This document shows positions 13,124 to 26,729 of a stretch of DNA of 64,000 bases, in pieces. This DNA is from Octopus sinensis. Its lineage: Eukaryota. The notes under the pieces were generated by a model. It was not told the origin of the DNA. It worked only from the letters and a program-made list of their open reading frames with translations, and did no database searches. Location: positions 1 to 64,000 of the forward strand of contig NW_021835125.1 of assembly GCF_006345805.1 (NCBI RefSeq), written 5' to 3'. A program made the position numbers and the translations under genes. Within the stretch, counting starts at the first letter, position 1; each line of letters opens with the position of its first letter.

Positions 13124-14550
13124 CTAACATGTATGCACATATTTATATAAACATATGTATAAACATATATATTTATATGTTTGTGTATAATGCCGTATCG
13201 ATGTGTTGAGAGATACAAGGCTACTTTGATATACTGGTGAATAGACAGTGATTAAGAAAAAGTTTGCAAATAGATAAATACCGATAGAAACATAGTTGCA
13301 GAATCAAGTGGTTCTAAGAATATATTTTACGTATAATGTGACCATTGAATATAGCATTGTGAGTATCCAAACTCGAAACAAAGTGTATTTTTGTGCGTGT
13401 TACACAGGCAAGTTCCTGACTAATCGACTTAATCTCCAGAGAATTTCCGTTTAAACCATTATATTCAATAATGCTTTACAGAATCGTATGAATCTGTCAA
13501 AGCTTGGTTAATTGATGTATGTCAAGGTTAATTTCTTTCACAATGCTTGCAGGAAACATACGGTTGATTTGTTCATGGATATCAAAGAAGAATCTCTTAT
13601 GGTATAACCAGCCGAGAGAGAATCACGCACACACACGAACACGAACACATACACACGCACATGTATACAAACATAGATACGTAAATACATGGGTGTGTAT
13701 ACATATATTTACTTTTGCATGCACGAATATATATATATATGTGTAGGTGTGTGTAGGTGTGTGATTGTTTATATATACATATGGATAATGATAGCTTGTA
13801 CTGGTTTGGAATACAAGTTAATTACATTCAGATATTGGTTGTAACGTGAAATAATGAGCGAAATTACATGCCATTCATTCTTGATATACACGAATCTGTT
13901 TTAGTTTGTATAATAATTGCAATTATGAATGGAATGTACAATACATGAAAAGAGATAAATACGACAATTGGTAATTGCCATAGAGTTACCTATCGATAAC
14001 AAATACCTGAGACTAGAAGAAAAATGACGATAATTGTGAACGTGGCGTATGTCTTTGTAAAGTAATGATTTCTGCATGGCTGGGCTTTGTGAAAACTTGA
14101 GCATTAGTATTAGGGTTTATAAAGTATATAAATAGAACTTCAGTGAAATCATTCAAAATGTACAGGAAAGCAATTTGTATACCTGCGTGCTTGTATAATG
14201 CGTTTGCTACAATACTTTGATATTGGCAATGCATAATGGAATATCGCAATTAGACTTGTGTTTGTATGTTATGCAAATTTGGTTGTTGTCATTCTGTGAC
14301 GAATGACATGGGAAGTAATTTCAGTTGAGGAATATATGCATTTAAACGATAGTTTCTGTTTGTGTTATGTTAAAATTGATTTATGCTGTGTGTATTATAT
14401 ATGTATTTAGCAGACGACAGTCGAGAATCCAACGAACACATTTCAAAATAAGGAATCGAATATCGCTGGTAAAAGTCGCACTTGAACCTGAACACGCACA
14501 TATAAACGCACAGAAATATTTCTATTTCCCGACACTGTTTTACAAAAACA

Positions 14551-14934
14551 GGAGGCGCAATGGCCCAGTGGTTAGGGCAGCGGACTCGCGGTCATAGGAT
14601 CGCGGTTTCGATTCCCAGACCGGGCGTTGTGAGTGTTTATTGAGCGAAAACACCTAAAAGCTCCACGAGGCTCCGGCAGGGGATGGTGGTGATCCCTGCT
14701 GTACTCTTTCACCACAACTTTCTCTCACTCTTACTTCCTGTTTCTGTTGTACCTGTATTTCAAAGGGCCGGCCTTGTCACTCTCTGTGACACGCTGAATA
14801 TCCCCGAGAACTACGTTAAGGGTACACGTTTCTGTGGAGTGCTCAGCCACTTACACGTTAATTTCACGAGCAGGTTGTTCCGTTGATTCGGATCAACCGG
14901 AACCCTCATCGTCGTAACCGACGGAGTGCTTCCA
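14551..14934 (+). mobile_element. tRNA-derived SINE, family B1 (local name), full length
   Basis: A-box-like tggcccagtggttagg, B-box-like ggtttcgattccc, body ends gtcgtaaccgacggagtgc; probable TSD tttacaaaaaca / tttacaaacaca (14539-14550, 14935-14946). Confidence 0.9.
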
Positions 14935-14971
14935 TTTACAAACACAAACACGCATACACCCCACATCCACG

Positions 14972-15022
<51 letters not shown>

Positions 15023-16488
15023 GTATGTGTGTGTTTGTGTGAGCAAGAATATATCAACATACACACATAGAAGTAGTAATGTAAGCAAAATCAAAATATG
15101 CAGATTTGCACGCAAAGAAACTAAGAAACGTAGGTGCATAGACGCCATTTTATTATCCTTGGAAACACCGAAACAACATAGATTTAAAGTAAACAAAGTA
15201 AAGAAAGTGCGTCGTTTAGTAGAGAGTGTGAGAAGAAATATAAGATCGAGGTAGATGGACAAAATGTAGACAAGCACGGAGGTTAATGTCCTAAAAAAGT
15301 ATAAATATTAATAAGGGAAAACTGACAATGGAATTCACGTTATATGGGAGTATATATAGAGATATATAAATAGATAGATAACTTTTTATTGTAGCCACAC
15401 AGGGCTAAACACAGAATAAAAATGGACGAAATACAATGTAGAATTTTTTCTTTTCGAGGTGGGATGGGTGGGGCACAAAAAAACAAAAAAAAACACGTTT
15501 GATCAATAGGGATCTGTGGGTTGTGTGGTGTATAAAAAGGCAATATATATATATATATATATAAGGTTCACAGTTTAGGTGTAGCCTTGGAAAGAAAAAC
15601 CTACAAAAAAGACCATGGTCACCTCAGACAATTCGAAAAAGAACACATGAGTAAGTCGCCTTACTTCTCGTTGTCTCTTTTGGTTACAGATTTATGCTTA
15701 AAATAGTGTCGTCTTTCATACTGACCATTTTTGCCACTTTTACCCACTTTTTAAATAGATAGATAGATGGATAGATAGATAGATATCATGGAGGTGTATT
15801 TAGCGGATGAAGTACTAAGTTGGAAACACGCAATGTTAGAGAAAATGTGAGAGATTGTGTGAGTGAAAGCGTAAAATACGCAAAAAACGGAGTTTTGGTA
15901 CATGAGCAATATTTAATTGATGAGTCGTGGGTGTAATAAAAAAAGGGTCAGATGTAGCAGCAGGATCAAATTTAAACAAATGCAAATTGGTGAAAATTGT
16001 AGAAAAAATCTGAGAAATTTTGGTTCCTAAAAATTCCAGTTTCAAATTCAGGTTCATACAAAGACTGACACAACAGGTTCAGAACAAACGGAGTATACAT
16101 ATGTTTCATTCTTAACAATTTTTTTCTTTGGAGTGGGACAGTCCAGCCGACCGGGGATGAGAGGAAAGAACCATTTACCTTAGTAACTGTGTATTTGTGT
16201 ACGAATGCCGTAAAGTCGCCGTGATCGACCAAATTTTTCCTGGTTTTCTTTAAGACTAAGGTCTCCATATGACATTTATCTTTTTTCGCAGCTATAGTAA
16301 TGCTTTGATAAGAATCTGACGTATTCTTTGTCGGGAATCTTCATCAGATGGTAAATCCGTTTTCTTTTAGCTATTTCGCAACGTGATTCAATTAAAAACA
16401 TATCGGAATCGAATATGAATATTTTCCAAATTAATCTAATGAGTAATTTGAAAATAAAATTAATGAAGTTAAAATTTAATGAAGATTA

Positions 16489-16903
16489 GGCGCAGGAGTG
16501 GCTGTTTGGTAAGTAGCTTGCTAACCAACCACATGGTTCCGGGTTCAGTCCCACTGCGTGGCATCTTGGGCACGTGTCTTCTGCTATAGCCCCGGGCCGA
16601 CCAATGCCTTGTGAGTGGATTTGGTAGACGGAAACTGAAAGAAGCCTGTCGTATATATGTATATATATATATATAAGTGTGTGTGAATATGTTTGTGTGT
16701 CTGTGTTTGTTCCCCTAGCATTGCTTGACAACCGATGCTGGTGTGTTTACGTCCCCGTCACTTAGCGGTTCGGCAAAACAGACCGATAGAATAAGTACTG
16801 GGCTTACAAAGAATAAGTCCCGGGTCGATTTGCTCGACTAAAGGCGGTGCTCCAGCATGGCCGCAGTCAAATGACTGAAACAAGTAAAAAGAGTAAAAGA
16901 GTA
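16489..16903 (+). mobile_element. SINE family A, full length
   Basis: ggcgcaggagtggctg... to ...gagtaaaagagta; near-identical to 22112 and 58500. Confidence 0.92.
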
Positions 16904-17109
16904 TTACAGTCAAAGGCCGTTAGACCTTGTTTTGATTAGTGAACAAAGATTGAATTGATTGGATGTTTGAGCACGGAATAACATCCGGGTAAGTCCAGCG
17001 CTTTTAACACACACACAGACGCAGGTACACACATGCACATATACACACTAGCATACACAGACGGGCTTCCATATATAATAATACCAAAACCCATCTATAT
17101 GTAAATGTT

Positions 17110-17325
17110 CATGTGTCTGTATTTGTACCCCCACCATCGCTTGACAACCGATGTTGGTGTGTTTGTGTCCCCGTAACTTAGCGGTTTGGGTAAACAAGAT
17201 AGAATAAGTACTAGGCTTACAAAGAATAAATCCTGAAGTCGATTTGTTCCACTAAAAGGCAGTGCTCCAACAAGGCCGGAGTCAAATGACTAAAACAAAT
17301 AGAAGAAAAAAGAATAAAATAATAA
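17110..17325 (+). mobile_element. SINE family A, 3' half (older)
   Basis: cgcttgacaaccgatg...gtcaaatgactaaaacaaat followed by an A-rich tail. Confidence 0.8.
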
Positions 17326-17337
17326 AATAATAATATA

Positions 17338-17759
17338 GGCGCAGGAGTGGCTGTGTGGTAAGTAGCTTGTTTACAAACCACATGGTTCCGTGTTCAGTTC
17401 CACTGCGTGGAATCTTGGGCAAGTGTCTTCTACTATAGGCTTAGGCCGACCAATGCCTTGTGAGTGAATTTGGTAGACGGAAACTGAAAGAAGCCCGTCG
17501 TATATTTGTATATATATATGTGTGTGTGTATGTGTGTGTATGCGTTTGTGTGTCTGTGTTTGTCCCCCTAGCATTGCTTGACAACCGATACTGGTGTATT
17601 TACGTCGCCGTCACCTAGTGGTTCGGCAAAAAGAAACCGATAGAATAAGTACTGGGCTTACAGAGAACAAGTCCCGGGGTCGATTTGCTCGACTAAAGAC
17701 GGTGCTCCAGCATGGCCGCAGTCAAATTACTGAAACAAGTAAAAGAGTATAAAGAGTAT
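17338..17759 (+). mobile_element. SINE family A, full length, directly after the A-rich tail of the previous copy
   Basis: Same head, body and tail as 16489. Confidence 0.92.
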
Positions 17760-18339
17760 ATATGTGCTTGTAAGTAACCTCTATATATATTTACATATAT
17801 ATGAGTATGCATGTATGTTTATATACACACAATACGCTTCAAAATTGATAATTTTCCATTAATTCCCATATCTAAGATAATAAAGTCCCTACATGAATAG
17901 TTCAGAAAAATATTATATTCGATATAAGAAAACGGTAAAGAACTTATAAATCTGCATGTCAGTTCTTCTTTCTATTCGATATGAAACAATTCAAACAGTT
18001 AGATAATTTTGATATATTTAAAATACCTTATACGTTTTGTTTTTTTTTCCAATTCTTGTACAATACAATGCAGTGAAATGATACAGGTGTTCAAAGTTTG
18101 TGAAAGCATTGGCGCCGAAGATGTAGTAAATTGGCGAAACAGTTACGTAGAGAGATTAATCTGCTATATATGAAGTTTAATTAAATGTGAAAAATAATTA
18201 ATGCAGCATGTTTATTTTTGTTTACCTTAAATTATCTTTCGCTTGGTTGATAAAAACTATCCGTAAGGCTTCCGCGCATGGCAAAATGTAAATAGGAAAA
18301 GTAAATTGAAAACGAGCTTGCAACAACTCTTTCTCTCTA

Positions 18340-18406
18340 TCACACACACACACACACACACACACTCACTCTCTCTCTGTATACATTGAGGCATACAGAT
18401 ATACAT

Positions 18407-18445
<39 letters not shown>

Positions 18446-18589
18446 TATATATTATATATATATATATATATAAATGTATATAGGTATTATATGCATACAT
18501 ATATCTACCTATAGGTCGGTGCATGCATAGTTTTATATACATATATATATTAATAGATAAATAGATAGATATGTACATAAATACATATG

Positions 18590-18680
<91 letters not shown>

Positions 18681-18693
18681 CATATACACATAT

Positions 18694-18737
<44 letters not shown>

Positions 18738-18840
18738 TATATACATATATATATACACACATATATATATATACATATGTATATATACACACATGTATAT
18801 ACATACTCACACGTATATTATGTATATGTTTGTATATAAC
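18340..18840. repeat. (CA)n/(TA)n compound microsatellite
   Basis: Direct inspection. Confidence 0.95.
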
Positions 18841-19892
18841 TGTTTATGTATAGATTTGCATATATGACTATATATGCATGTGGATACGTGCCCATACATA
18901 TATGCATCTAATCTTGTGTTAATTAGTGCAGTAAATATCAAGTGCAGTTGTCATATGTCACTATGTTTCAGGTTTAGCGTGGAAATCCTGATTGCACCTC
19001 GCTAATTCATGACTACCGAATTGCCGATAAATCAAGCGAGGGCGAAGTGAAGGTTATAGGTTAAAATAAATGCAGGTAGGCAAATTTAACGGAGAATTTG
19101 CATGCAAAAAGATAGAAGCAGCGGCAAGAGAACCATAACACGTTCCACAAATTGGTAGTGTGCTGCCTGGATGTCAAAATTGATATATTCTATGTTCGCT
19201 GTTGCTAGGTGGTGTACAGGTGTGTGCGCACGTGTGTGTACGTGTCTGTGTGTGTGTTAATTTTTTGTCTCTGGCAAATTGGGCTTTTGTGCATATGTAG
19301 TTATAACCTGCTTTAAACATTGTTCTTGTATAACATTACTGCACATGCTTTTCATATAAATATTATTATCTTATGTGCATATCTGTGAGTATGTACATGA
19401 ATGCATGAGCGTGAATTGATGCATGTATACATATACACATACATACATACATATACACATACATCTATCTCCCTATTTTTGAGAAGTCTTGGGCCAACAG
19501 GCTTTTGGGTCCTGACGATACGCAATAAAGCTACACCTTTATGTGGACGGGAAAACTAAGGTAATTCCATAAACCGACCTATATATATGTATATATAACT
19601 TACAAAAATACAAAAATTAGGGCAAAAGAAAATTCCTAATGCCAAATATGCCGAAAAAAAGACAAAATTGTCAATAACCATTATAATTTATGCGTCTCGA
19701 AACAAACCGATAGAAATTTCTAAAAAATCCGTTATTACCGTATTAACCCCAAAATTGGGACCAATACGGTAACAACGGATTTTTTGCCCTTATTTTTGTA
19801 AATTATTTATAAATTTAACCGTTAAAGTTATTTTTTGATATGCTGGCCATTGGTAAAAAATTTTTCTGGAAAAAAATATATCCTACATTAGT

Positions 19893-20010
<118 letters not shown>

Positions 20011-20299
20011 GATATATAATATAGAGAAAGAGAGTGAGAGAGAGAGAGAGAGCAAGAGAGAAAATATGAAGGGTTTAGTTCACTGGTGATCTAAACGAAT
20101 ATGGACGCTGAGAAGATGCTATTATTTCTCGTAAGTGACCTTTCGGGGTGAAAGGTCAGACGTCAAGGTTTTGGGTAAGGGGAGAAGGAGGAGGGCATTT
20201 CTGTGCATTAATTGAATAGATAAATTCTAGGTTAGGTGTGGTCAAGTAGAATATTTAGCTCAGTGATCAATAGGGATAGCTAAATATAGATGCCTAGCT

Positions 20300-20710
20300 T
20301 AAGTGGGTGTATGTTGGATAAAACTATAATCATGCGTTTAATTATATACCCATGTGCACCATCATACTGTTTGGATTTACCTTCTGAGAGGTATAACTTC
20401 ACTGAAGTACGGACCAACTTCAATTCCCTCTGGAAAAAGATGAGCTGTGAACTTTATCCTCCTGTCTGTATTCTATCTAATCTTACTCTTTATTCTTCTA
20501 TTTTATTTCTTATAAACTGTCAACTTCCCTATCTAGAACTTTCATACATACTCAGCTCGTCTCTGATTATGGTATACTGAATGTAAGGACATGCTCGCCT
20601 ATCACTTGGGATACCCCAGAAACAGCGGCAAGACTTGAGATATACTCTAATTAAATTATTCTATATTACTTGAGATACACGTCCCACTTTGGCTTCTGTT
20701 ATCCTTTTCC
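20300..20710 (-). mobile_element. Possible very decayed CR1/L2-type RT fragment
   Basis: Minus strand reads SSLAAVSGVSQ (compare VTSGVPQG) and a PNLEF-like remnant; heavily interrupted. Confidence 0.3.
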
Positions 20711-20721
20711 ACCTAATATAG

Positions 20722-20753
<32 letters not shown>

Positions 20754-21120
20754 ACCGGAGTAAACACATAAATGTGAAACAAGGTGAAAAAAAGAGTACT
20801 CAAATACCAGTGGTAGAGTAATATGCTTTATTTTAAGCAGCAGAAAATTCAACTGAATTCAATTGAATTTTCTGCTGCTAAAAATAAAGTATATATATAT
20901 ATATATATATATATTAATAAAAGGAATTCCAACCTTGTCTGATTTTCACGTTTTATTTACAATCTTATAATGATATATTATAAGATAATATATTATAATA
21001 AAATAAAATAAAATAAAATAGTAGAATGTTAAATGTTCATTCTGATTGAACTAGTACTTTCATGCATTAAATTCTGCAATCTTCGGGTTCATGTAGTACT
21101 GGTGACAGTCATGCTTCACA

Positions 21121-21646
<526 letters not shown>

Positions 21647-21942
21647 TAAAGATAACATCGTTATTTAAATACCGATCGTATCAGGTGGGCAGCATGGGAA
21701 TAGAAACCTTCAACGGTAATAACTATTATTAAAATTATAATTTAGGGTATCTAAGAGATACTACAACGCTGAAAATAGCAGCCAAAACTTGACTCTAAAA
21801 GCACATTAAATGTTCATACCGCACAAAAGAGAAGACAAAGAGACAAAATAAACTAGGAAAAAAAAATTCCAGATCCCGGATTTGTGGCTCTGCATAAGAA
21901 ATGCTCTGCCTTCATCCGTGGAATATACTCAGCACATAAATA

Positions 21943-21976
<34 letters not shown>

Positions 21977-22111
21977 ATATATATATATATACATATTTAT
22001 ATATATATAAATATAAAACATACGAATACTTACATATGCGAACTTTATATATATATATATCCAGTAACAGCGACAAACATAATGAAAAGATAGAGCTACA
22101 TATACACATAT

Positions 22112-22526
22112 GGCGCAGGAGTGGCTGTGTGGTAAGTAGCTTGCTAACCACCCACATGGTTCCGGGTTCATTCCCACTGCGTGGCATCTTGGGCAAGTGT
22201 CTTCTGCTATAGCCCCGGGCCGACCAATGCCTTGTGAGTGGATTTGGTAGACGGAAACTGAAAGAAGCCTGTCGTATATATGTATATATATGTGTGTGTA
22301 TATGTTTGTGTGTCTGTGTTTTTCCCCCCTAGCATTGCTTGACAACCGATGCTGGTGTGTTTACGTCCCCGTCACTTAGCGGTTCGGCAAAAGAGACCGA
22401 TATAATAAGTACTGGGCTTACAAAGAATAAGTCCCGGGGTCGATTTGCTCGACTAAAGGCGGTGCCCCAGCATGGCCGCAGTCAAATGACTGAAACAAGT
22501 AAAAGAGTAAAAAGAGTAAAAGAGTA
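22112..22526 (+). mobile_element. SINE family A, full length
   Basis: Same consensus as 16489. Confidence 0.92.
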
Positions 22527-22545
22527 TATATATATTATATTCATG

Positions 22546-22760
22546 CTAGTGTTACCCGTCATGTGCTGGGTAACTTTGAATACATATTCTGCCATCGTGA
22601 TTAGTTGATAAAAGTTAAATCTCAACTATTGTATGCATCCTGTATTTTCTGACATAACGCAAAAAATGTGTTAATATTATTGTAACACAATTGTAGCGAT
22701 ATACTTGTATAAAGCGGTTTGTTATATATTTGAAAGTTAGTAAATACCCTTGTGATTAAT
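22546..22760 (-). mobile_element. Possible Helitron-like 3' terminus
   Basis: Minus strand ends with hairpin gttaccc-agcacatgac-gggtaac followed by aCTAG; 5' extent unclear. Confidence 0.35.
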
Positions 22761-23680
22761 ATATAAAAATATTTCTGTTAACGAATAGCTTACTCGAAAA
22801 TCATCTAAAGAAAAGTTTCATCTCAATACATAGATATTAATTCTTGTAGAAGATTCTTTTTTTTTCCTTTACAGACAACTACAGACGTGTATGGAAAACT
22901 ACTGATTCTCTACCTCCCCTACGAACTGCTTGTCAAGTTTACCATTTTACCAAAACTACTGTTATTTCCTCTGCCAATGTGTGTGTGTGTGATGGACACG
23001 AGTTTGCGTATTTGTGACGGTCTGCGAGAAATATTTGGCATCAATGGACTATAGATGATATTATCTTTGCTCACCCTCCTCTGTCACTATTTGTCTATTT
23101 GCACGTTCCTATCTCGACTCTGACCTCTCGTGTTAACTCTCTGATTCTCTTTGTTATTCTCGCCCACTCTTTGTTTATACGATATAAAGCCTGACTGCCG
23201 AAAGCTACCAACCAACGAAGCAACGCGCATACAGACCAGCCAATTAAGAATTATATTGGCTATTATTGAGATCTGTGTTTTTGTGTATTTGTTTTTAGGC
23301 GCTCTATTGCAGAGTTTTTGAGAAGATCACTTCAGTATATTGACGTCCTGGTTTCGAATCGACTCCCAGGAATCTGTAGCATCAGTTGGCCAATACTTTG
23401 CGATTGAGACTAGCTATAGGGAAGTTATCTACAGAAGTCCACCGTTTAGATTGCATTTGTTAATTGAATGATCTAAGCTTGTGAATATAGCATACACTCA
23501 CTGCCTCACACAATGTTATTTTAAGGGAGTACACAACCTCTTAAACAACGATAGTTCATTGTGCTATTTTGTTTCTTTGAACGGAAAACAGAAAACACAA
23601 TATTGGTGCTTATCCACAGACTCCATTTTTCTTCTTTCTTTCATTCCGAATGAAGCTATGTATGCAATATGCAAAACTTA

Positions 23681-24617
23681 CGAGGACTGATCAATAAGTA
23701 TCCGGACTATTGCCATTGTAATGACGCTAAACCACGTAAAGGGAAAATGCTTGATACAGATTGACCTTGATCTCTGCTATGCATGTGTACTAAGTTCTTA
23801 CATTCTAGCTCGCTTCCGATGTTTACAGCAGTGCTTAGAAGGAAGGTACGTAGCGTGTGATCATCGCATTCACCATAACAGAGAAAGCTGTTATAGTGAT
23901 ACCTGTTAAGAGGCTTACGCAAATTTGCAGAAAGTCTATGGAGAGGAGTGTATAAGTCACACTCAATTGTACGAGTTGTTTAGACGTTTCCAAGGTGGCC
24001 AAAAAAATGTCGATATTGAAGAAAGTTCTGGGAGACATGCAACCAGTAGAGATGAGAAAAACATGGTAGATGTGCGTGCAGCTGTGAAGGGGAAACGTCG
24101 AATCACCATCCGTGAGTTATCAGAAGATGTGCAGATTAGCTACGGTTCAGTTCAGTCCATCATCACTGAAGATTTGGGCATGAGACGCATGTCTGCCAAG
24201 TTTGTGCCAAAACTGCTTTCAACTGACAAAAAAGAGACGCGGGTGCTACTGGCACAAAATCTCCTTCGCTGTGTTGAGAACAATGAAAAGTTTTAGAAAA
24301 ATTTGCATAGGCTTCTGAGCAGGTATCGCCAAGCTTTTGGCAAATTTGATGCAGCGGCTTCACGCTGCATGCTTTAGATTCGTTACAGTCCGGATGCTTA
24401 TTGATCATACCACGTATAATTGAAACTGCGACAGGTTGCTAGTATGTCGTTGTAGCAAATTTAATCTGCTTATTTATGGCCTCATACGTTCTTCTCCATA
24501 CACCTTCTGAAACTTTGCGTAAGCCTCTTAACAGGTACCGCTATAACAGCTTTCGCTGTTATGGTGAATGCGATGATCACACGCTACGTACCTTCCTTCT
24601 AAGCACTGCTGTAAACA
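23681..24617 (+). mobile_element. Rearranged mariner cluster with truncated transposase
   Basis: TIRs cgaggactgatcaataagtatccggac (23681) and gtccggatgcttattgatcataccacg (24388-24414), both TA-flanked. ORF 23925-24296 has mariner N-terminal HTH-type sequence and FVPKLL (WVPREL-type motif) but no DDD domain. Inverted duplicate at about 24480-24617. Confidence 0.88.
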
Positions 24618-24789
24618 TAGCAATTTGATATAGTATTTAGCAAATGTATGTAGTTTGCAGTAGATGTATACTTCGGAATTTGAAGGCGATTTTGCAATAC
24701 TATATAGGTTAAAATGTTTTTAGTTGAGACCTAGGACTTTTAAAGCCGGTTTGCCAGTTTCCCTGGTGGAATAACTGACACAACCTTTC

Positions 24790-24990
24790 AACTAAACATG
24801 AAACCCGTCCGTTACAAGTTTCCTGGCCAGGGAATATTGGGGCGAGGTACGGGTTAACTATATAGATCCCCGTACTTGTCGTCAAAAGGATAAATGACGT
24901 CGGGATTTAAGATGCGAACGTAAAGGGTCCGAAACAAATCCTGCTAGGCATTTTCTCCGACGTGCGACCTATCTGCTAGCTCGTCCCTGT
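24790..24990 (-). mobile_element. Old diverged family C-like SINE
   Basis: Minus strand starts gggacgagctagcagatag, a degenerate family C head. Confidence 0.45.
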
Positions 24991-25000
24991 GTTTTATATT

Positions 25001-25305
25001 AAACTAGCAGTATCGCCCGGTGTTGCTCGGGTTTGTAAGGGAAATAGCTATATAAGCATTTTTAGAGAGTTATGGCCAAAAAATAGCAAAAAAATGCATT
25101 AAAAATGGAAAAAAAATTATAGTAAATTTTTTTTTAAATCGTTGACTCATCGTAGACGCGCGCTAATACCCAGACGGGCTTCATATGAATCACGACTATA
25201 AGATACCCGAATTTGGTTAAACTGCACCGCAAAATGTGGGAGTAGTTAGGAATCTAAATCGAAGGGGACAGACACTCACACAACTACAGTTTTATATATA
25301 TAGAT
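25001..25305 (+). mobile_element. Non-autonomous Helitron/Helentron-like element
   Basis: 5' aaactagcag plus hairpin cccggtgttgctcggg, 3' ...ttttatatatatagat; layout resembles insect Lep1/DINE-type rolling-circle elements; no TSD seen. Confidence 0.6.
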
Positions 25306-26311
25306 ATTTACATAAAAAAGTTTGCATTGAATTGTTTGGGATGGAGTTCCTCGCTGAAACATCATGTTTATGCCATTATTGCCACATTGTTTAAGGTTAC
25401 AAATTTAATAATTTAGACGGCGAAGACTTGTAAAGTCACTTTGATGTTGTGGTTAGCATGGCTGTATGATTTGTAGTAGACTCAGCGTTGAAATACAGTA
25501 GACGATTACAACACTTTCCACGTCACTGTCTCAAACATTATGCGCGTGTGTTTGTATGCGTGTAGCCGTGTTAGACTTCGTCAACCTTCACCTTGTACAA
25601 TAACAATCAACTACAAGTTTTGTGTACCCTTTCATTTTAATGTTAATTTGTATTTGTAACACGAGATAAAAGCAGGAATCAATATACCCATGTGATATTC
25701 GAACGTGCAATGGAATAATACGAACCTGTAAACGGGGATCTCAATTCACACGCTATATTATATATCTCTAATGCCGTTATTCCTTTGTATCTCTCTCTCC
25801 CTGGATGTGTGTATCTGAATGTACGTGTACAGACAGCTAGATAGATACATAGACACACACACACACACACACACACTCACACACTCACACACATGTGCGT
25901 GTGTGTAGAGAAAGAGAGAGAGAGAGGGGGCGCAGACAGACAAACAGAGGAAAAGAGAGAAAGATAGAATTAGAGACAAATTAGCGTGAATATATATTTA
26001 TATAACTGACGGTAACGTTCCAGGTTATTTGCAAATTGTGTACGGAAGTATTTCTGTCGTATGTAGGAAAAAAAACCTGTAACAGGTGAAATGTTTCTGA
26101 CAGACGAATATGTTATGATGAAAACCTTGTTTGCAAAGATCAACGAGTTCAGAAACGTGGATTTAAACATATTTATCATGAAAAAATAATGCTTGTGCAA
26201 ACATTGGAGTGTAAGATATATTTATTTCAACTGCAAGCCAGCGTGTTTATTCCCAACGGTCCTTAATAATTTTATGGCTTCATTGGAATCGTACCAAATA
26301 CTATAACTACC

Positions 26312-26729
26312 TATCTCTTTACTACCCACAAGGGGCTAAACACAGAAAGGTCGAACAAGGACAGACAAACGGATTAAGTCGGTTATATCGACCCCGGTGC
26401 GTAGCTGTACTTATTTAATCGACCCCGAAATGATGAAAGGCAAAGTCGACCTCGGCGGAATTTGAACTCAGAACGTAACGCCAGACGAAATACCTATTTC
26501 TTTACTACCCACAAGGGGATAAACACAGAGGGGACAAACAAGGACAGACACATGGATTAAATTGATTACATCGACCCCAGTGCGTAACTGGTGCTTATTT
26601 AATCGACCCCGAAAGGATGAAAGGCAAAGTCGACCTCGGCGGAATTTGAACTCAGAACATAACGGCAGACGAAATACGGCTACGCATTTCGCCCGGCGTG
26701 CTAACCTTTCTGCCAGCTCGCCGCCTTCG
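26312..26729 (-). mobile_element. SINE family C dimer
   Basis: Junction gacgaaata|cctatttctttactaccc at 26492/26493; 16-bp TSD aaatactataactacc (26296-26311, 26730-26745). Confidence 0.92.
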
